The translations under genes were made by a program, and so were the position numbers. The notes beneath the pieces were generated by a model. That model had not been told where the DNA came from. It saw nothing but the letters and a program-made list of their open reading frames with translations, and did no database searches. Positions 13,866 to 27,039 of a DNA stretch of 64,000 bases are shown piece by piece. The stretch is from Eledone cirrhosa (Eukaryota). Each line of letters begins with the position of its first letter. Within the stretch, counting starts at the first letter, position 1. The stretch covers positions 262,322,001 through 262,386,000 of the forward strand of contig OZ024740.1 of assembly GCA_964016885.1 (NCBI GenBank), read 5' to 3'.

Positions 13866-14126
13866 AATAATTGTTTCTACTTTTGGCACAAGGCCAGCAA
13901 TTATCCAGTGCATTACTGGTACTTCACATTTTAAATAATTGTTTCTACTATTGGCACAAGGCCAGAAATTACTCAGTACATTGCTGGTACTTTATTTTAT
14001 CGACCCCGTAAGGATGAAAGGCAAAGTTAACCTCGGCGGGATTTGAACTCAGAATGGCAAGGGCCGTAACTCTATGCGTCAAATCATGGCGTCCGAACCT
14101 CTACCGATACTGCCAATCCACCGCCC
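13866..14126 (-). mobile_element. tRNA-derived SINE copy with a duplicated 3' tail
   Basis: Full copy ~13934-14126 plus a second ~60-bp tail at 13866-13925; the flank CTTCACATTT is also duplicated. Confidence 0.85.
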
Positions 14127-15468
14127 ATTCTTGTCAACAATAATATTAGTATTTGTCTACCATAGTTTTTTCCTTTCCACCATATTTAATTCTATATACT
14201 TATGTGATTGACCTTTTATGGTTTGGTTGATCCATATTTAGAGAATGTGTATCATTGAGTTCTAGGACATTACTACCGGAGAAAGTAGGTTCGGTCGAAT
14301 TATATGCTGTGGGACTTGGTACGTGTTTCACAGTAGTAAAATGTGAGAAGATGCATCGCATGTGTATTGACAATGGTAATGCAACGATTACAGAATTAAT
14401 AAAACGGTGAATCGTTGTCATAAATTTAGGTGAGAAACATAGATGACACAGGAGGTGGCTGATCAAGTGGTTGTAGTATTTGGGGGGAATGGAAATCTGC
14501 TAACAGATTGGTTGAATTAGCAATCTAGATGTTGCAATCTAGATTTTTCTGTTGAATGCACGACAGCTGTTCAATCACAGAGCAGAAGGTATTATTTGTC
14601 GATTGTTGTGAATTGGGAATGAACATTTTCTCTAGGAAATGCACAAATAAAATGTTTGTTTATAAGTGTAATAATTAATATAGTATATTATTAGTATTTG
14701 TTATTTCAGGATCAAATAAAATAAGAGTCAATTCAATAGTGGCAGGATTTGAACTAAATTATGCATAGGAAATCTAAACTACTACGTACTCTAAATTAGG
14801 TCTTATTCTTGGTGTCATGTATGTTCTATTAGATTCGTCTGACAAACAAGTGTTTTTTGTTAATTTAGTGCTAAAATAAAAAGTGTATAATTTATGTTGG
14901 GATTTAGAAGATTAAATGTGGCAAATAGAAAATAAAAAAAGAAAGCTATTTATGCCTTGGGGGCTATCAAGTACGTTACCGTTTTTATATATCTTCTCGT
15001 AAAATAGAGAATCATTGTGGCTTGATGTTAAAGAAAACAATCTTCACGAGTTGATAGCTGATCCAAATGCATGTTATATTAGTTTATTTAAACCATGCAC
15101 AGAGATGTTTGGAAGGAAGATGAGACGTTTGCTGTGCATTTTTTAAAGGAGTTAACAGTATAATTGAAATGAAATCAAGTTAAGTGAAGTGAAATAAAGT
15201 GAAGTGGCTTGGAACAGAAGTAGGATCCACCTTATGATTTTTCTCATTAATGAGTTTAATTAGGGTTCTATGACACCCACCTCATAATTAAACAATTATT
15301 TTAAAAGAGCCTTTTTGTTAGAGCAATAAAAGAATTTAAAAAAACATTAGTATGTGTGATGTATTCTATTAATGAATTTAATTGCTTTTTTTACGCACTG
15401 AATTCAACGAATGCTGAGTCCCTTTTCAACAACGTTCTCCGCAGAACCAATGCAATAAATATACCAAA

Positions 15469-15652
15469 GTGGATTGGCAGTATCGGTAGAGGGTCGGACG
15501 CCATGCTTTCCAGCATAGTTACGTCCCTTTACGATCTGAGTTCAAATCCCGCCGAGGTTGACTTTGCTTTCATCCTTACGGGGTCGATAAAATAAAGTAC
15601 CAGTAATGCACTGGATAATTGCTGGCCTTGTGCCTAAAGTAGAAACAATTAT
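15469..15652 (+). mobile_element. tRNA-derived SINE copy
   Basis: High similarity to 2206-2395. Confidence 0.9.
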
Positions 15653-16799
15653 AGATTCTATTCACTCAACTATATACTTTCGCTGTAAAATCATGATCTC
15701 GTTCTATTGGCAGAAATCACTGCTGTGGAATATTTATTGCAAGAATCTCGATTTAGATAATTGGGGCAAAAACTGTCGCGTATGGATACGATTTCACAAA
15801 TGTGATTTGTTTTAATTTTAGTTTGTTTGTTTTTTTATTAACCTGTACATGATCAAGCTTCTAAATGGAATCTATACTCTAGCAGAAAATGAAATTAGAT
15901 AAACAGAAGACCCAGGACAATTTAATTGTGAAATTATTTAATTAAAAGTGTCGAAAGCAAAATAAATGGTTTCAATTCGGCAGATAATGATTGTACCAAT
16001 TTATTCGAGATTGTAATTTAATTGATTTAATTAAAATGCCTATCAAATTGGTTTGATTTCCAGGAACATTGATGAAAAAATCGATAATTTGGCCTTCAGT
16101 AAATTCTGAATAATTCTTTACTATTTGGTCGTTTCTTTACTGAAGTTTGATTTCAATTATATCGATGAAAGGAACTTAGTTTGAAGAGTACAAGTCAATA
16201 CAAGGGAAAAGTAATAAGACATGGAGTAAAGTTGCCAGCTCATATACAAACATAATTGTTACACTGTTTCATTTAATCTTAACTCACATAGTCTTTGCTT
16301 AGGTAACTGCAATATATATCTTGTATTACTCAAATATCTCGGCTCGGACAAAAGACGAAGAATTAATGTGAGCATATATGTTGGTGACATATTGTGTAAT
16401 TATCCACTAAGTTAACCGCATGACCACCTGTATATAGAGTCTGTGTGTGTATGCATAAGTGTGTATGTGTATGTGTGTGTGTATATGTGTGTGTGTGTGG
16501 TTGTGTGATTGTGTGAATGAGTGTGTGTGTGTGTGGTTGTGTGAATGAGTGTGTGTTTGTGTATGTGTCTGTATGTGTGCGTGCGTGTGTGACGTTCATT
16601 AGAAAGATGAATTTAATGGTGGAAAGTGAGAAGTAGTTTTTTAAAAAAAAGCAGTGAAAAGTAATGTAAGCCAATGGAGGTGATGTGAATGATGATAGTG
16701 AGGACGATGATTGTGATAATCCTGAAGGTGAGGAGGAGGGGGAGGAGGAGGAGGAGGACTTAATCTGAAAAAAGTGAATATTCGATTTATGCCGGCGGA

Positions 16800-17410
16800 G
16801 GAACATCTATTTTGAAGAGAATGCCCGTAAAATCTGTCCAGCGATTCTTTCCCGAGATATTCTAACCACACGCCCATAGTATCGGAACTGTGATCTCTCA
16901 ATTCGGAGAAGCAGCAGCTCTAACTGGAGGGATTCTTTGATCGCCGAGCTACGCACTCTATCGAGTAACGTTATCCAAAACCCTTCGGAGGAATCACATT
17001 TCGGCGGCTTTAATTCGCGATCGTTTTCTCTCGGTCATTACCCAAGATTCATGGCTATAGTTAAGGGTTGGCACGAAAACCGAATTGAAGACAGCGAGTT
17101 TGGCTTTACACCTACCTCGCTACTTCTGATTACTGAATACTGAAGCTGGCGCATTAATGCACTAGCTTTTGCAATTCTTGCACTCCTGCCTTCCCGAAAT
17201 ACTTGAACTTCTCTATCTGCTTCAGTGAACTCTATTCACATGTAGCGTGCACTGCGTAGGCTTCCTTGAGAAGAAGAGTGTCTCGGGTTTCACATCACTG
17301 ATTTTGATTCCAGTCATGCAGCACTCGGCATCAAACCTATCAAGCGCAAGTCGAATATCATCTTCTATCGCGTTAAGTAACACCATGTCGTCTGCAAATT
17401 CCAGCCGACT
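16800..17410 (-). mobile_element. RTE-clade LINE RT/3' fragment (degenerate)
   Basis: Minus strand encodes LEFADDMVLL (RT catalytic motif), FKYFG, and LRIERSQFRYYGRVVRI. Confidence 0.75.
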
Positions 17411-17424
17411 GAATGGTTTCGATT

Positions 17425-18065
17425 TAGCACCATGTCCAGTATGCATGCCCAGTATGAGAGCGAGCTGTCCATGTCCAGAAGCTAGATCCCGGGTTCAATG
17501 CTAGCTGCCGCCTCACCACAGGCTGTCTGAAATCTACACCTACGGTCCGTCTGCATATCCTGCCAGGCATAGCCCCACCAGAAATAAGACGAAGTGCAGC
17601 AAGCAAGAAAGAACGTCAACAACAGACTACAGATCAAAACCATCCTCCCTTCGGCCATCCAGGAAAAGTTTCCTAAAGAGCGCCACACCCCTTGGAACAT
17701 CAAGCATAAGTAGTGAAAGAGTCACTCGCTCGAAAGAAAAACAACCTCCCATCTGTAACAACAATGGAGCGAAACACTCCCCCTCCCCGGAGCAGATACA
17801 AAATGTGCAGTGTGGAAATGCCTCAACAGATTAAGATCTGGTGTTGGTCGTGCAAAAGCCAATCTGGCAAAATGGGGATATTTAAAGGATGGAGACGTTG
17901 TGTGTGACTGCGGTATCAAACCACAGACAACGCAGCACCTTCTGCTGGAACATCCCTGCACAGCATTGGCAAAGATTATTGAGAAAGGACAGCAATGTGT
18001 TCAGGTGTGGCGGATCCACATCTAGCCAAGCTTTTTAGCCAACACTCTCGTGGACACGATAAGAA
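17425..18065 (+). mobile_element. Ingi/Vingi-like LINE 3' fragment
   Basis: TGCLKSTPT..LHILPGIAPPEIRR and WKCLNRLRSGVGRAKANLAKWGY....CDCG...QTTQH..C zinc-knuckle C-terminus; clade assignment is from motif recall. Confidence 0.65.
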
Positions 18066-18420
18066 GGGCTACCCTGATGTCTCTATACGGAATCTGCATA
18101 TGTTGCCACAACTCCACTGCTGTAGGACTTGTGAAGAAATATCGTCACATAAAGATGACAATGGTACGTGCTTGTGGTACACAGATAGAACCCACTCCAT
18201 TCCCGTAGCTCTGTCTCCAGTGACAAGCCAGGACAGTTACGGGGGTCGCATGCGTCATTGTTATGGAGTTTAACCTCTCCAGTGGGTTTAGCCTTACTCA
18301 CCACATTTGGCAAATTGCATGTGGTTTAACCGATCCATTGTCCACCCGACCATGATACAGGTAGTACTGGGCTACATGGTATCAGTAGCAGGTATACATA
18401 CATACGTACACACACACATA

Positions 18421-18969
18421 TATGGTGGCTGCCAACTCGTTTTCGAGTACGGCCACTACTTTATATCCATGTAGGAGAACTCCTACCGATGCGCTAAACG
18501 AGTGCGACTTTTTAGTCCAGCCAGCGACTTGAAAACTCTGGTACGAACACTACACCTGTGACAATTATTGACACATAGTGCTAGGCCCATGGCACCATGT
18601 GACGACAAGTGCAGAGATCTCTCCAGATATAAAGCAATGCCTGTGCCGTGAAGCTTTTATAGTGAGCAAAGGCACTGCAAAAAGCCAGTCCCACTCTCTT
18701 AACCAAGATGATATTTACCAAAAAGAAGAACAAGTCAACATCATTGGATACCATCAGGGTCGCAGGTGTTATATCAGGGTTTTCCTTCTCCTAGAATTAT
18801 GCCTTGACAAAGCCTAAGGGGTCATCTCTCCCGGTGATTTTGGATGGCCATTGACTCTTAAGAGCTCTTTGCCCTTTGACAGGTTTTGTTTTTAGTCCTG
18901 CAGGATGTCTAAAGTCACCCTCCTCACCAAGAAACCTTGGAGGGATTGCCAGTTTAGTCGCCAACGACC

Positions 18970-18971
<2 letters not shown>
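18421..18971 (-). mobile_element. Bipartite non-autonomous RTE-derived element (slightly 5'-truncated)
   Basis: Highly similar to 39011-39617; RTE 5'-UTR-like CTAGGAGAAGGAAAAC, C2H2-like remnant and 3' CTCGAAAACGAG hairpin. Confidence 0.75.
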
Positions 18972-19030
<59 letters not shown>

Positions 19031-19115
19031 GAAAAATTGAACAGGGACAGAACAGAGAGGCAGTACAATAAATGTTTATTAAATTCACCCTCAGGAGAGT
19101 GGGGGGTAGGTGGGG

Positions 19116-19150
19116 GACGACGTTTCGGGCATAAGCCCTTCTTCAGGTGA
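19116..19150 (-). ncRNA. Minimal type I hammerhead ribozyme motif (Penelope pLTR-like)
   Basis: Minus: CTGAAGA-A-GGGC-TTAT-GCCC-GAAA-CG-TC, with AATAAA ~35 nt downstream; stem I weak; unit 19030-19182 lies between (TA)n tracts. Confidence 0.7.
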
Positions 19151-19177
19151 GAAGTGTGTGGGAACAGAGTTCAAAAG

Positions 19178-19233
<56 letters not shown>

Positions 19234-19235
<2 letters not shown>

Positions 19236-19385
19236 CTCTGAGGATCAAGACGCAAAGAGTATGAACTAATATACACAATAAAATTCACTGAGCAAAATGT
19301 ATAGTTCTCATGAATTTGTGTGTAAAATTATTCCGGTGTAGTAGTCTTAAAACATACATTGACATCTCTTAAGTAAATATATGTA

Positions 19386-19423
<38 letters not shown>

Positions 19424-19575
19424 TACATATATTTACTTAAGAGATGTCAATGTATGTTTTAAGACTACTACACCGGAATAATTTTACACACAAATTCATG
19501 AGAACTATACATTTTGCTCAGTGAATTTTATTGTGTATATTAGTTCATACTCTTTGCGTCTTGATACTCAGAGTT
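19234..19575. repeat. Near-perfect palindrome with a (TA)n centre
   Basis: ~155-bp arms AACTCTGAGGATCAAGA... / ...TCTTGATACTCAGAGTT, one mismatch seen. Confidence 0.95.
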
Positions 19576-20562
19576 TTCTGGCTGTTGTCCTGCTGTATTT
19601 CGAATTTTTGAAACCATATTTGTATTGTGTATACATGCAATCGTATATTTTACAACGGACATCTATACTATAGTAGGATTGTTAGGGAATTCTATAACAT
19701 ACTTTTTAGTGATTTCCAATCCTTCTCATGCCAACTTTGCCTTTCATCCTTTCGGGGGTCAATAAATAATGTAGCAAACTACAACAGGGAATTCGAGGAA
19801 CTGTTAGACCGTCTGAGGAGATGCCTTGCGGTATCTGTTCCGAGACTTTATTATTAAAGGTGCAGTGAATGTTGTGGTTGTCTGCTAATGCAGTTGGTGC
19901 ATGATAATGACACATATCCCAGTCATGTATTTAATAAGACATTCCATATTATCCGGGATATATTTTAAATGAAGACTTTTCGACAGTACCTGTAGGTCTT
20001 CTATCCAGGTTCGTTGTTCCATTTAAAATCTCACTTTTTCTCTTTTATAGAATAGATCTTGATTATAGTGTGGATTGATAATAGATTGTTGTAGGATATT
20101 AAATGAAGCATATTCTCTGTGTGGTAAGTTATTAAACTAGGTGTGATATTATATAAGTTGTAGGAAATTAAAGAAACCTGTAGGTAAAGTATTCATCTCT
20201 CTGACCTAACTTTAACATATATGGAAATAGCTTCGAGTCATGTACACAAGTATAGTCACCGATGCAGATGAATATGTACACACATATATTGTGTGAGCTT
20301 ACTCGCTTACTCTAAGTGTATTGCAGTAAATGTTCATAAAACATGTAATTAAAACCATGCCATGATTCCAAGGTAGTAGCTGGGTCGATGCTAGTGACCT
20401 CACTGGTTTTAAAGGAGAATTACTTCTTCCTATCTCTGCTTCACATTTTCTGAGGATCATTGCTATTTAGCCGTACGGCAATATAGATCCATGATACGTA
20501 TTGAACTGCACATCTATCTATCTATTTACCCCCCCCCTCTCTCTCTCTACACACACACACAT

Positions 20563-20640
<78 letters not shown>

Positions 20641-20926
20641 TTATTTGTAAATCTGTAAATCTATTTTTTTTCTTCTTTAATTTGACCGGTTGAGAGCGCT
20701 TAAAGTTGGATTTTAGTATTTGAATTTCCCGCCACCGCGTTTCTACACTGAGGTTGGTTGCTCGGTCTTCTTGATAGCAGGCTTCATGGTACTACTTCCG
20801 CCGATGTCGCTCTAGCGTCCACTATGTAATATTTCCCAAAATTACATATTTACTGCGAAAGATTATTGCAAAAGTAACTGTTAAAATCAGACGGTGGTGC
20901 AGAAACTATCGAAATTCCGGCTACAG

Positions 20927-21735
20927 ATAATAATTATTTCTACTTTTGACACATGGCCAGCAATTACCCCAGTGTATTACTGGTACTTTATTTTATCGAC
21001 CCCATAGGGATGAAAGGCAAAGTTAACTTCGGCGGGATTTGAACTCAGACTGTAAAGGGCCGTAACTCTACGCTTCAAAGCATAGCGTCCGACCCTCTAC
21101 CGATACTGCCAATCCACCGATACTGCCAATCCACCAATCTAGAATAGGCAGAAGCCCAGTAATTTGCGGGTAAGGGAAAGTCGATTAAATCGCACCAGTA
21201 CATTACTGGTGCTTTATTTTATTGACCCTGCCATATAATGGTTTCTTATATAGGCACAAGGCCAGCAATTTTGGTGGAGGGGTAAGTCGAATAAATCGAC
21301 CCAGTGCGTGACTGGTACTTTATTTTATTGACCCTGTAAGATGAAAGGCAAAGTTAACATCGGCAGGATTTGAACTTAGATCATAAAGGGCCGTAACTCT
21401 ATGTTGCAAAGCATGACGTCCGACCCTCTACCGATACTGTCCATCCAGGCCCTGTCCCTGCCATATAATAATTGATTCTACTTTTGGCACAGGGCCAGCA
21501 ATTATCACAGTACATTACTGGTACTTTATTTTATCGACCCTGCCATATAATAATTGTTTCTACTTTTTGGCACAAGGCCAGCAATTATCCAGTACATTAC
21601 TGGTAATTTATTTTATCGACCCCGTAAGGATGAAAGGCAAAGTTAACCTCGGCGGGATTTGAACTCATATCGTAAAGGGACGTAACTATGCTGGAAAACA
21701 TGTCCGACCCTCTACCGATACTGCCAATTCACCCC
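20927..21735 (-). mobile_element. Cluster of 4-5 full and partial SINE copies, same orientation
   Basis: Repeated SINE tails and bodies separated by CCCTGCCATATAAT. Confidence 0.85.
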
Positions 21736-22329
21736 TTCCACATAATAATAATGCATAATTATTATTATTCAGGCGTTGCCGTTTTCCGTCTTATTTATGT
21801 ATAGTGCCCTCTCTGTGTTGTAAATGTGTATATTCTTGTGTACAGATTTTCGATCTAAGTGAGTACGGAGCGACCGGAAATATACTAGTTCTATTCGCCC
21901 AAAAATATTTCTGGAAAATAAATTTGCCGATGAGAAATCGGCCTGCTTGACAAGGCGTGACCTGTAGATAACCAAGAGCAATAGGAAAGACAGCTATTAT
22001 CACCCCGGGGCCATCGATAGAGAAACCACTAACACGTTGTCTACGATGAAAACAATACCTTGAAAGGTTGTGTGTATCAAGCAAGACATTATGACGTCAA
22101 ACAGTTAAGAAAAAATATTTTTCTCAAAATGGACAGCAAATCCGTGGCGATTATGACAACAATAGTGACGAGGGCGTTGTCGACGTTGTCAATCATGTTA
22201 ATTACTATGTTAATCAGGCACGAGGAGTCCATGTATGCAACACATGCACTGCATGCCCTGATTTCTAGCCGGGATAATTTTTGTTAAAAATAAAATTATT
22301 GATAAATTTCACTATCCCCATTTTACCCG

Positions 22330-22381
<52 letters not shown>

Positions 22382-22387
22382 CAAAAT

Positions 22388-23211
22388 TATAGAAATTGTT
22401 GTAGCGAGAAGCTAACAGTATTCCATAACATATATGTGACTATAGCGTCAAAATGGGAAAATAGTTAACATAAGATATGGGAAAGATAATTCAGACTCAA
22501 TTCAAAAGGAATCAGGATATAGATTTATCCAACAGAATTTAGAGAAATCCAGGAAAAAATCAATAGAACCTTAACTCATGATAAAACAAAGTCTAAAGTA
22601 CTCAACCTTCAATTTGCGACAACTTCAAATGCACTGTATAGTCTTGAAAATACTATTTCACGAAAACTTTCAGTGGGGATGGTCACGGTTGGATTTCGTT
22701 CATCAGCAGAGCTCAACATGGTAACCAAGGTCTCATTGGTAATATACCAAAAAGGGAATTTAAAAGCAGGCTAGTTTTAACATCATGCGTGAATATTAAA
22801 ATAAACGCACATGTGGAAAAACAGGGCTGGTGACGTCAGAATGAGACAAATGTTTGTTTACATGAAACAACAGTCAAAAACATTCCGAAAGAAAACTCTA
22901 CAAAAGGAGTTCAGCAAAAAGCAATATCATCGCGGTCTTTTTTTTTTTTAAATACCGGGATTAGTCACAAATAATTTAAGCACTCTAGGAAATAAATCCG
23001 AGTATATATATATAAATGAAAAGTATAGAAATTGTTGTAGCGAGAAGCTAACAGTATTCCATAACATATATGTGACTATAGCGTCAAAATGGGAAAATAG
23101 TTAACATAAGATATGGGAAAAATAATTCAGACTCAATTCAAAAGGTTTCAGGATATAGATTTATCCAACAGAATTTAGAGAAATCCAGGGAAAAATCAAT
23201 AGAGCCTTAAC
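22388..23211 (-). mobile_element. Direct-repeat element (636-bp period) with a degenerate hammerhead core
   Basis: 22388-22576 is repeated at 23024-23211; minus strand CTGATGA-ACGAAA...TTTCGT-GAAA at ~22650-22706; (TA)n flanks. Confidence 0.55.
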
Positions 23212-23212
23212 A

Positions 23213-23248
<36 letters not shown>

Positions 23249-23590
23249 CTCTCGTCCCAATTTGTAAACACGCTATATTATTAAAAAGGTATGCAATATT
23301 TTCATTCTTTGCTAAAACACACGCACACACACACACACAAACACACACACAGACTATCTACATTTCCTGCACTTTCCTATTTTTCTTTCTGTCTGTCTGA
23401 CTTCGACCGACAGATACTAACGAAACTTCAATTCTCGAATATTATCATTATGAGTGGGAGCTTAAATCAGACGTGAGTGAAAGCAAATTTATTTCTGCAT
23501 GCTATAGTCTTTATGGCTGAGATCAATGTCTTGCTTTTTTCCGACTGATTTAGGGTCATTGTTGGTTCTGGTTCATTCGATACTCTATAC

Positions 23591-23842
23591 CAGGCATGGA
23601 CAGCCTTTTTCGAAAAGCGGACCGTATGAGATACCATAAGCGCTAATTTACATCGTGCCCACATAAAAAAAAGGGCGTAACTCAGGTTGTTTTGATTTGT
23701 TTCTTCAAAACTCATATACGTTGTTTTCCTCGATCGTAAAACTGATAGAAAAGTTGGGTTTAAAAAAATCAGAAAGATTTCACTTTGGTGACTTAGGCGA
23801 GTCATTCAAAAAGCTTCGCGGGTCGCAGGTTGCGGATGACTG
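23591..23842. mobile_element. hAT MITE
   Basis: TIRs CAGGCATGGACAGCC / GGTTGCGGATGACTG; TSD CTCTATAC / CTGTATAC; homologous to 53022-53292. Confidence 0.8.
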
Positions 23843-24119
23843 CTGTATACTGTACATACGGGACGTTTGTTGTCCTTAATGTCACATCAAAAGTTCCTTC
23901 TTTTTTTTTTTACTGTTTTAAGACCCACATTCTGTCATGTGACTAATTCCCAGAATTTTTTTCTGTTCTTGCTTTCAGTGCATAGGCGTAACAGTCGATA
24001 TTTTTAGGATTAAAAAGGTAAAATTTTCATCCATTTATTCATTCTAATGCTTTAAAATTTAATTTCTTATATATCAACTTATTTTTTTTAAAGTTACGTA
24101 TCTGTTTTTGTCCACATTG

Positions 24120-24562
24120 AACGAAGATTGAAAACAATGGAAGAGTTCAGATTTGTGGGATTGTTGAATCCGAAGCTTTTTCTCACTTACGAAAGAAAAT
24201 TTCTGATGGTAGCGTTTTCGAAATCAATTGATACTGCTGATTTTGCAAAGCAAGCGTCATGCATCCAGGAAGTCGCAGACATAATACGGGAGCTTGAACT
24301 AAATCAAGATCTGTCAGAAGTAACAAAATTCTTATGCCTGACTCTGGCCATACCTGTCAAATCTGCTTCATGTGAGAGATCGTTTTCTTGATTAAAGAGA
24401 GTAAATAATTATATCAGGTGTTCTCAAAGTGAGCAATTTGGTCTTCATTTCCACAAAGACCTTTTGAAGAAGATGAAGGTAGAGCATGGTGCTAATACAT
24501 TTTGTAGCAAAGTGATCTATGAATTTGCCAAAAAGGAACGAATTGAATTAATTTACAAATTA
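24120..24562 (+). pseudogene. hAT transposase C-terminal dimerisation-domain remnant
   Basis: LCLTLAIPVKSASCERSFS*LKRVNNYIR matches the hATC P.SSA.CERSFS.LKR motif; in-frame stop. Confidence 0.85.
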
Positions 24563-25581
24563 ATTTTAAATATTTCATTATTAGAAGGTTTTATTATTTA
24601 CTGATATTTCTCACGTAATCAATATTATGACAGGCTCGTCGGAAGGCTGTTACTAATAGGGAGACATCATGTCTAGTGGAGAGGGGTATCAAGCCTCAAG
24701 TGTGGTCTGTTGGTAGATGTGCATTTTCTCACATTAAAATATTATCTCATAAATCATTTACATATGGAGGCGAGGACGACGAATAATTTTGCGGAGGAGG
24801 TGGTAAGGCTCCACAGCCCTACGCTCTGCCATGGCGATTGGACAGCATGCCCTGCTTTACAAGTTGCCCTTCGCCACTGATATTAATAGCGACAATTATT
24901 GCCGTTATTGTCAACGTTATCAGCTTACTCACCACTATCGCTGGCAGGAATATTGTTTCACTGTTTCTCAGCTCTGCTCGGTGAGGGATATAATTAAAAG
25001 TATTCGAGATGTGACTATCATATTTATTAATTATTTCAATTATTATTGACGTTGGTTTGTATTTATTTAGTTGTAAGTTATCCGTGATTGAACATACTTA
25101 TGCTCAAAGGAGTTTCAGTTTATTGAAACTATCCTTATCAACTAATATAGATACCAGTTGGCTATCCAACTCGAGTGAAAGGAGATCATCCTCACCGAAC
25201 TAGCGTGGTGTAAAATATTACCCGCTTACGTAGAAGGTAAATATTTGATTAGACCGACAAAGTGACGAGTTGAAATTGCCACTAGAAATAGCAGCCAATA
25301 TAAGCTCTCTATCAACTCAAAGGAGTAGCAAAGGAGTATCATACACAAGTAAATTTGTCAACAATATTCGTAACATCTCAATGAAAAAAGATCGCTAAAA
25401 TAGATCGAATTTAGAGAAGCAAATATTTGCTACTCCTCAAATGTGAAACTGCAGTAAGGGAACTTAGTTTAGCCTTATAGCATTAGTTTGCTTAATTAAC
25501 GCTCTATCTCTAGGGAAAGATGCATGTGAAGTGTTCTTATTTTAGATTGCTTTACTAGCCGCCAGTGACTTTGTATGAGAT

Positions 25582-25647
<66 letters not shown>

Positions 25648-25732
25648 CCGAAGAGATTGTTTTGGTAAAAACAGGAGCAAGCGGGAGAAAGCTATCAACA
25701 TTCGTATTTTGTAGTTACGATGGAGATTCAGT

Positions 25733-25887
25733 ATAATAATTGTTTCTACTTTTGGCACAAGGCCAGCAATTACCCTAGTGTATTACTGATATTTTATTTT
25801 ATCGACCCGGTAAAGGCGGGATTTGAACTCAGACCATAAAGGACCGGAACTCTTTGCTGCAAAGCATGACTCCCGACCCTCTACCAA
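25733..25887 (-). mobile_element. tRNA-derived SINE copy (internal deletion)
   Basis: Tail and B-box match the family. Confidence 0.8.
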
Positions 25888-26553
25888 TAGAAAGATGTTG
25901 ATGTTACATAAATCGTTTATTCATTATAATTATTTCAATGGTTCTTCCATGCAATCAAGATGTAATTCATACATTTGTTGTTGTGATGAGAACGGTTTCT
26001 TCAGATGAAATTCGATATCACAAAATCATTACAACAGCAGAGGTCCAACGAGCTTTTGATTCCAGACTCGGGCCAGATCGATACAGATCGAACCCTCAGC
26101 TGATCAATAGCGGAACGCAAGTCAACAATCAATAAACGCAATTAGCGATGACACTAAATGGGCGTGGTTCAGTTGTATATAGATCAATATACGACTTTAG
26201 TTGAGCAGATTCTGCTATATATACTATTTGGTATTGAACATGAAACTTCCCTTTCTAAAGGTATATACACTATATGCGGAGATTCATATCAGTACAAGCC
26301 CTATATCATGATAAGGCAAGTAGCAAAACCAAAACACGTTCTGCATATATATGTATATTTATACAGATAGCTATATGTATGTATATATATTATGTATGTG
26401 CGTGTGTCTGTCTGTGTTGGTCAACGTGTGCACAATGTTTGGATGGACACAAACACGCACACACTCACACACATACACATACATACACACTGCCTATGTG
26501 TGTTTTCTAATTCCTACTGTATGCATGCTACTTACCGTGTGTAAGAGGGTAGT

Positions 26554-26600
<47 letters not shown>

Positions 26601-27039
26601 AAAATTAAGATAAATCAAAGTGAATTGAATCTAAATCAAAATTAAAATTATGGGTGTCATGCCAGAAAGGCATGCGCCATATCACCCGTAAAATAAGCTC
26701 CAAGATTCTAATGAATAGGTCCGAACATTTTATAACAACTAGAAATTGATTAACATATAAATAAACATATGAAACAATCACTATATATATATATATATAT
26801 AACTACCCTCTCACAACACGGTAAGTATCATATATATATATATATATGTATATATATATGCACGCCTCATTAAGCTAACTGCTGCCAAAACATTCTCTCT
26901 TCACAATCTCTACTAGTCTGACAGTCTTAAACCCTAAGACTCCCTCCACCTTACTCACTTCCCTCTTCCCCTTCTCTTCCTACCTCCTTCTTTATCTTTT
27001 ATCTAATGCATAAAATATTTTCATATCATTCTAATACAA

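Noticed and set aside
18070-18300. Possible CR1/L2-type LINE 3' remnant on the minus strand (VPQART..FF..AVELW)
   Set aside because: Too degenerate to support by eye; similar weak relics near 19.9-20.2, 40.4-40.6 and 43.6-43.9 kb were also left uncalled
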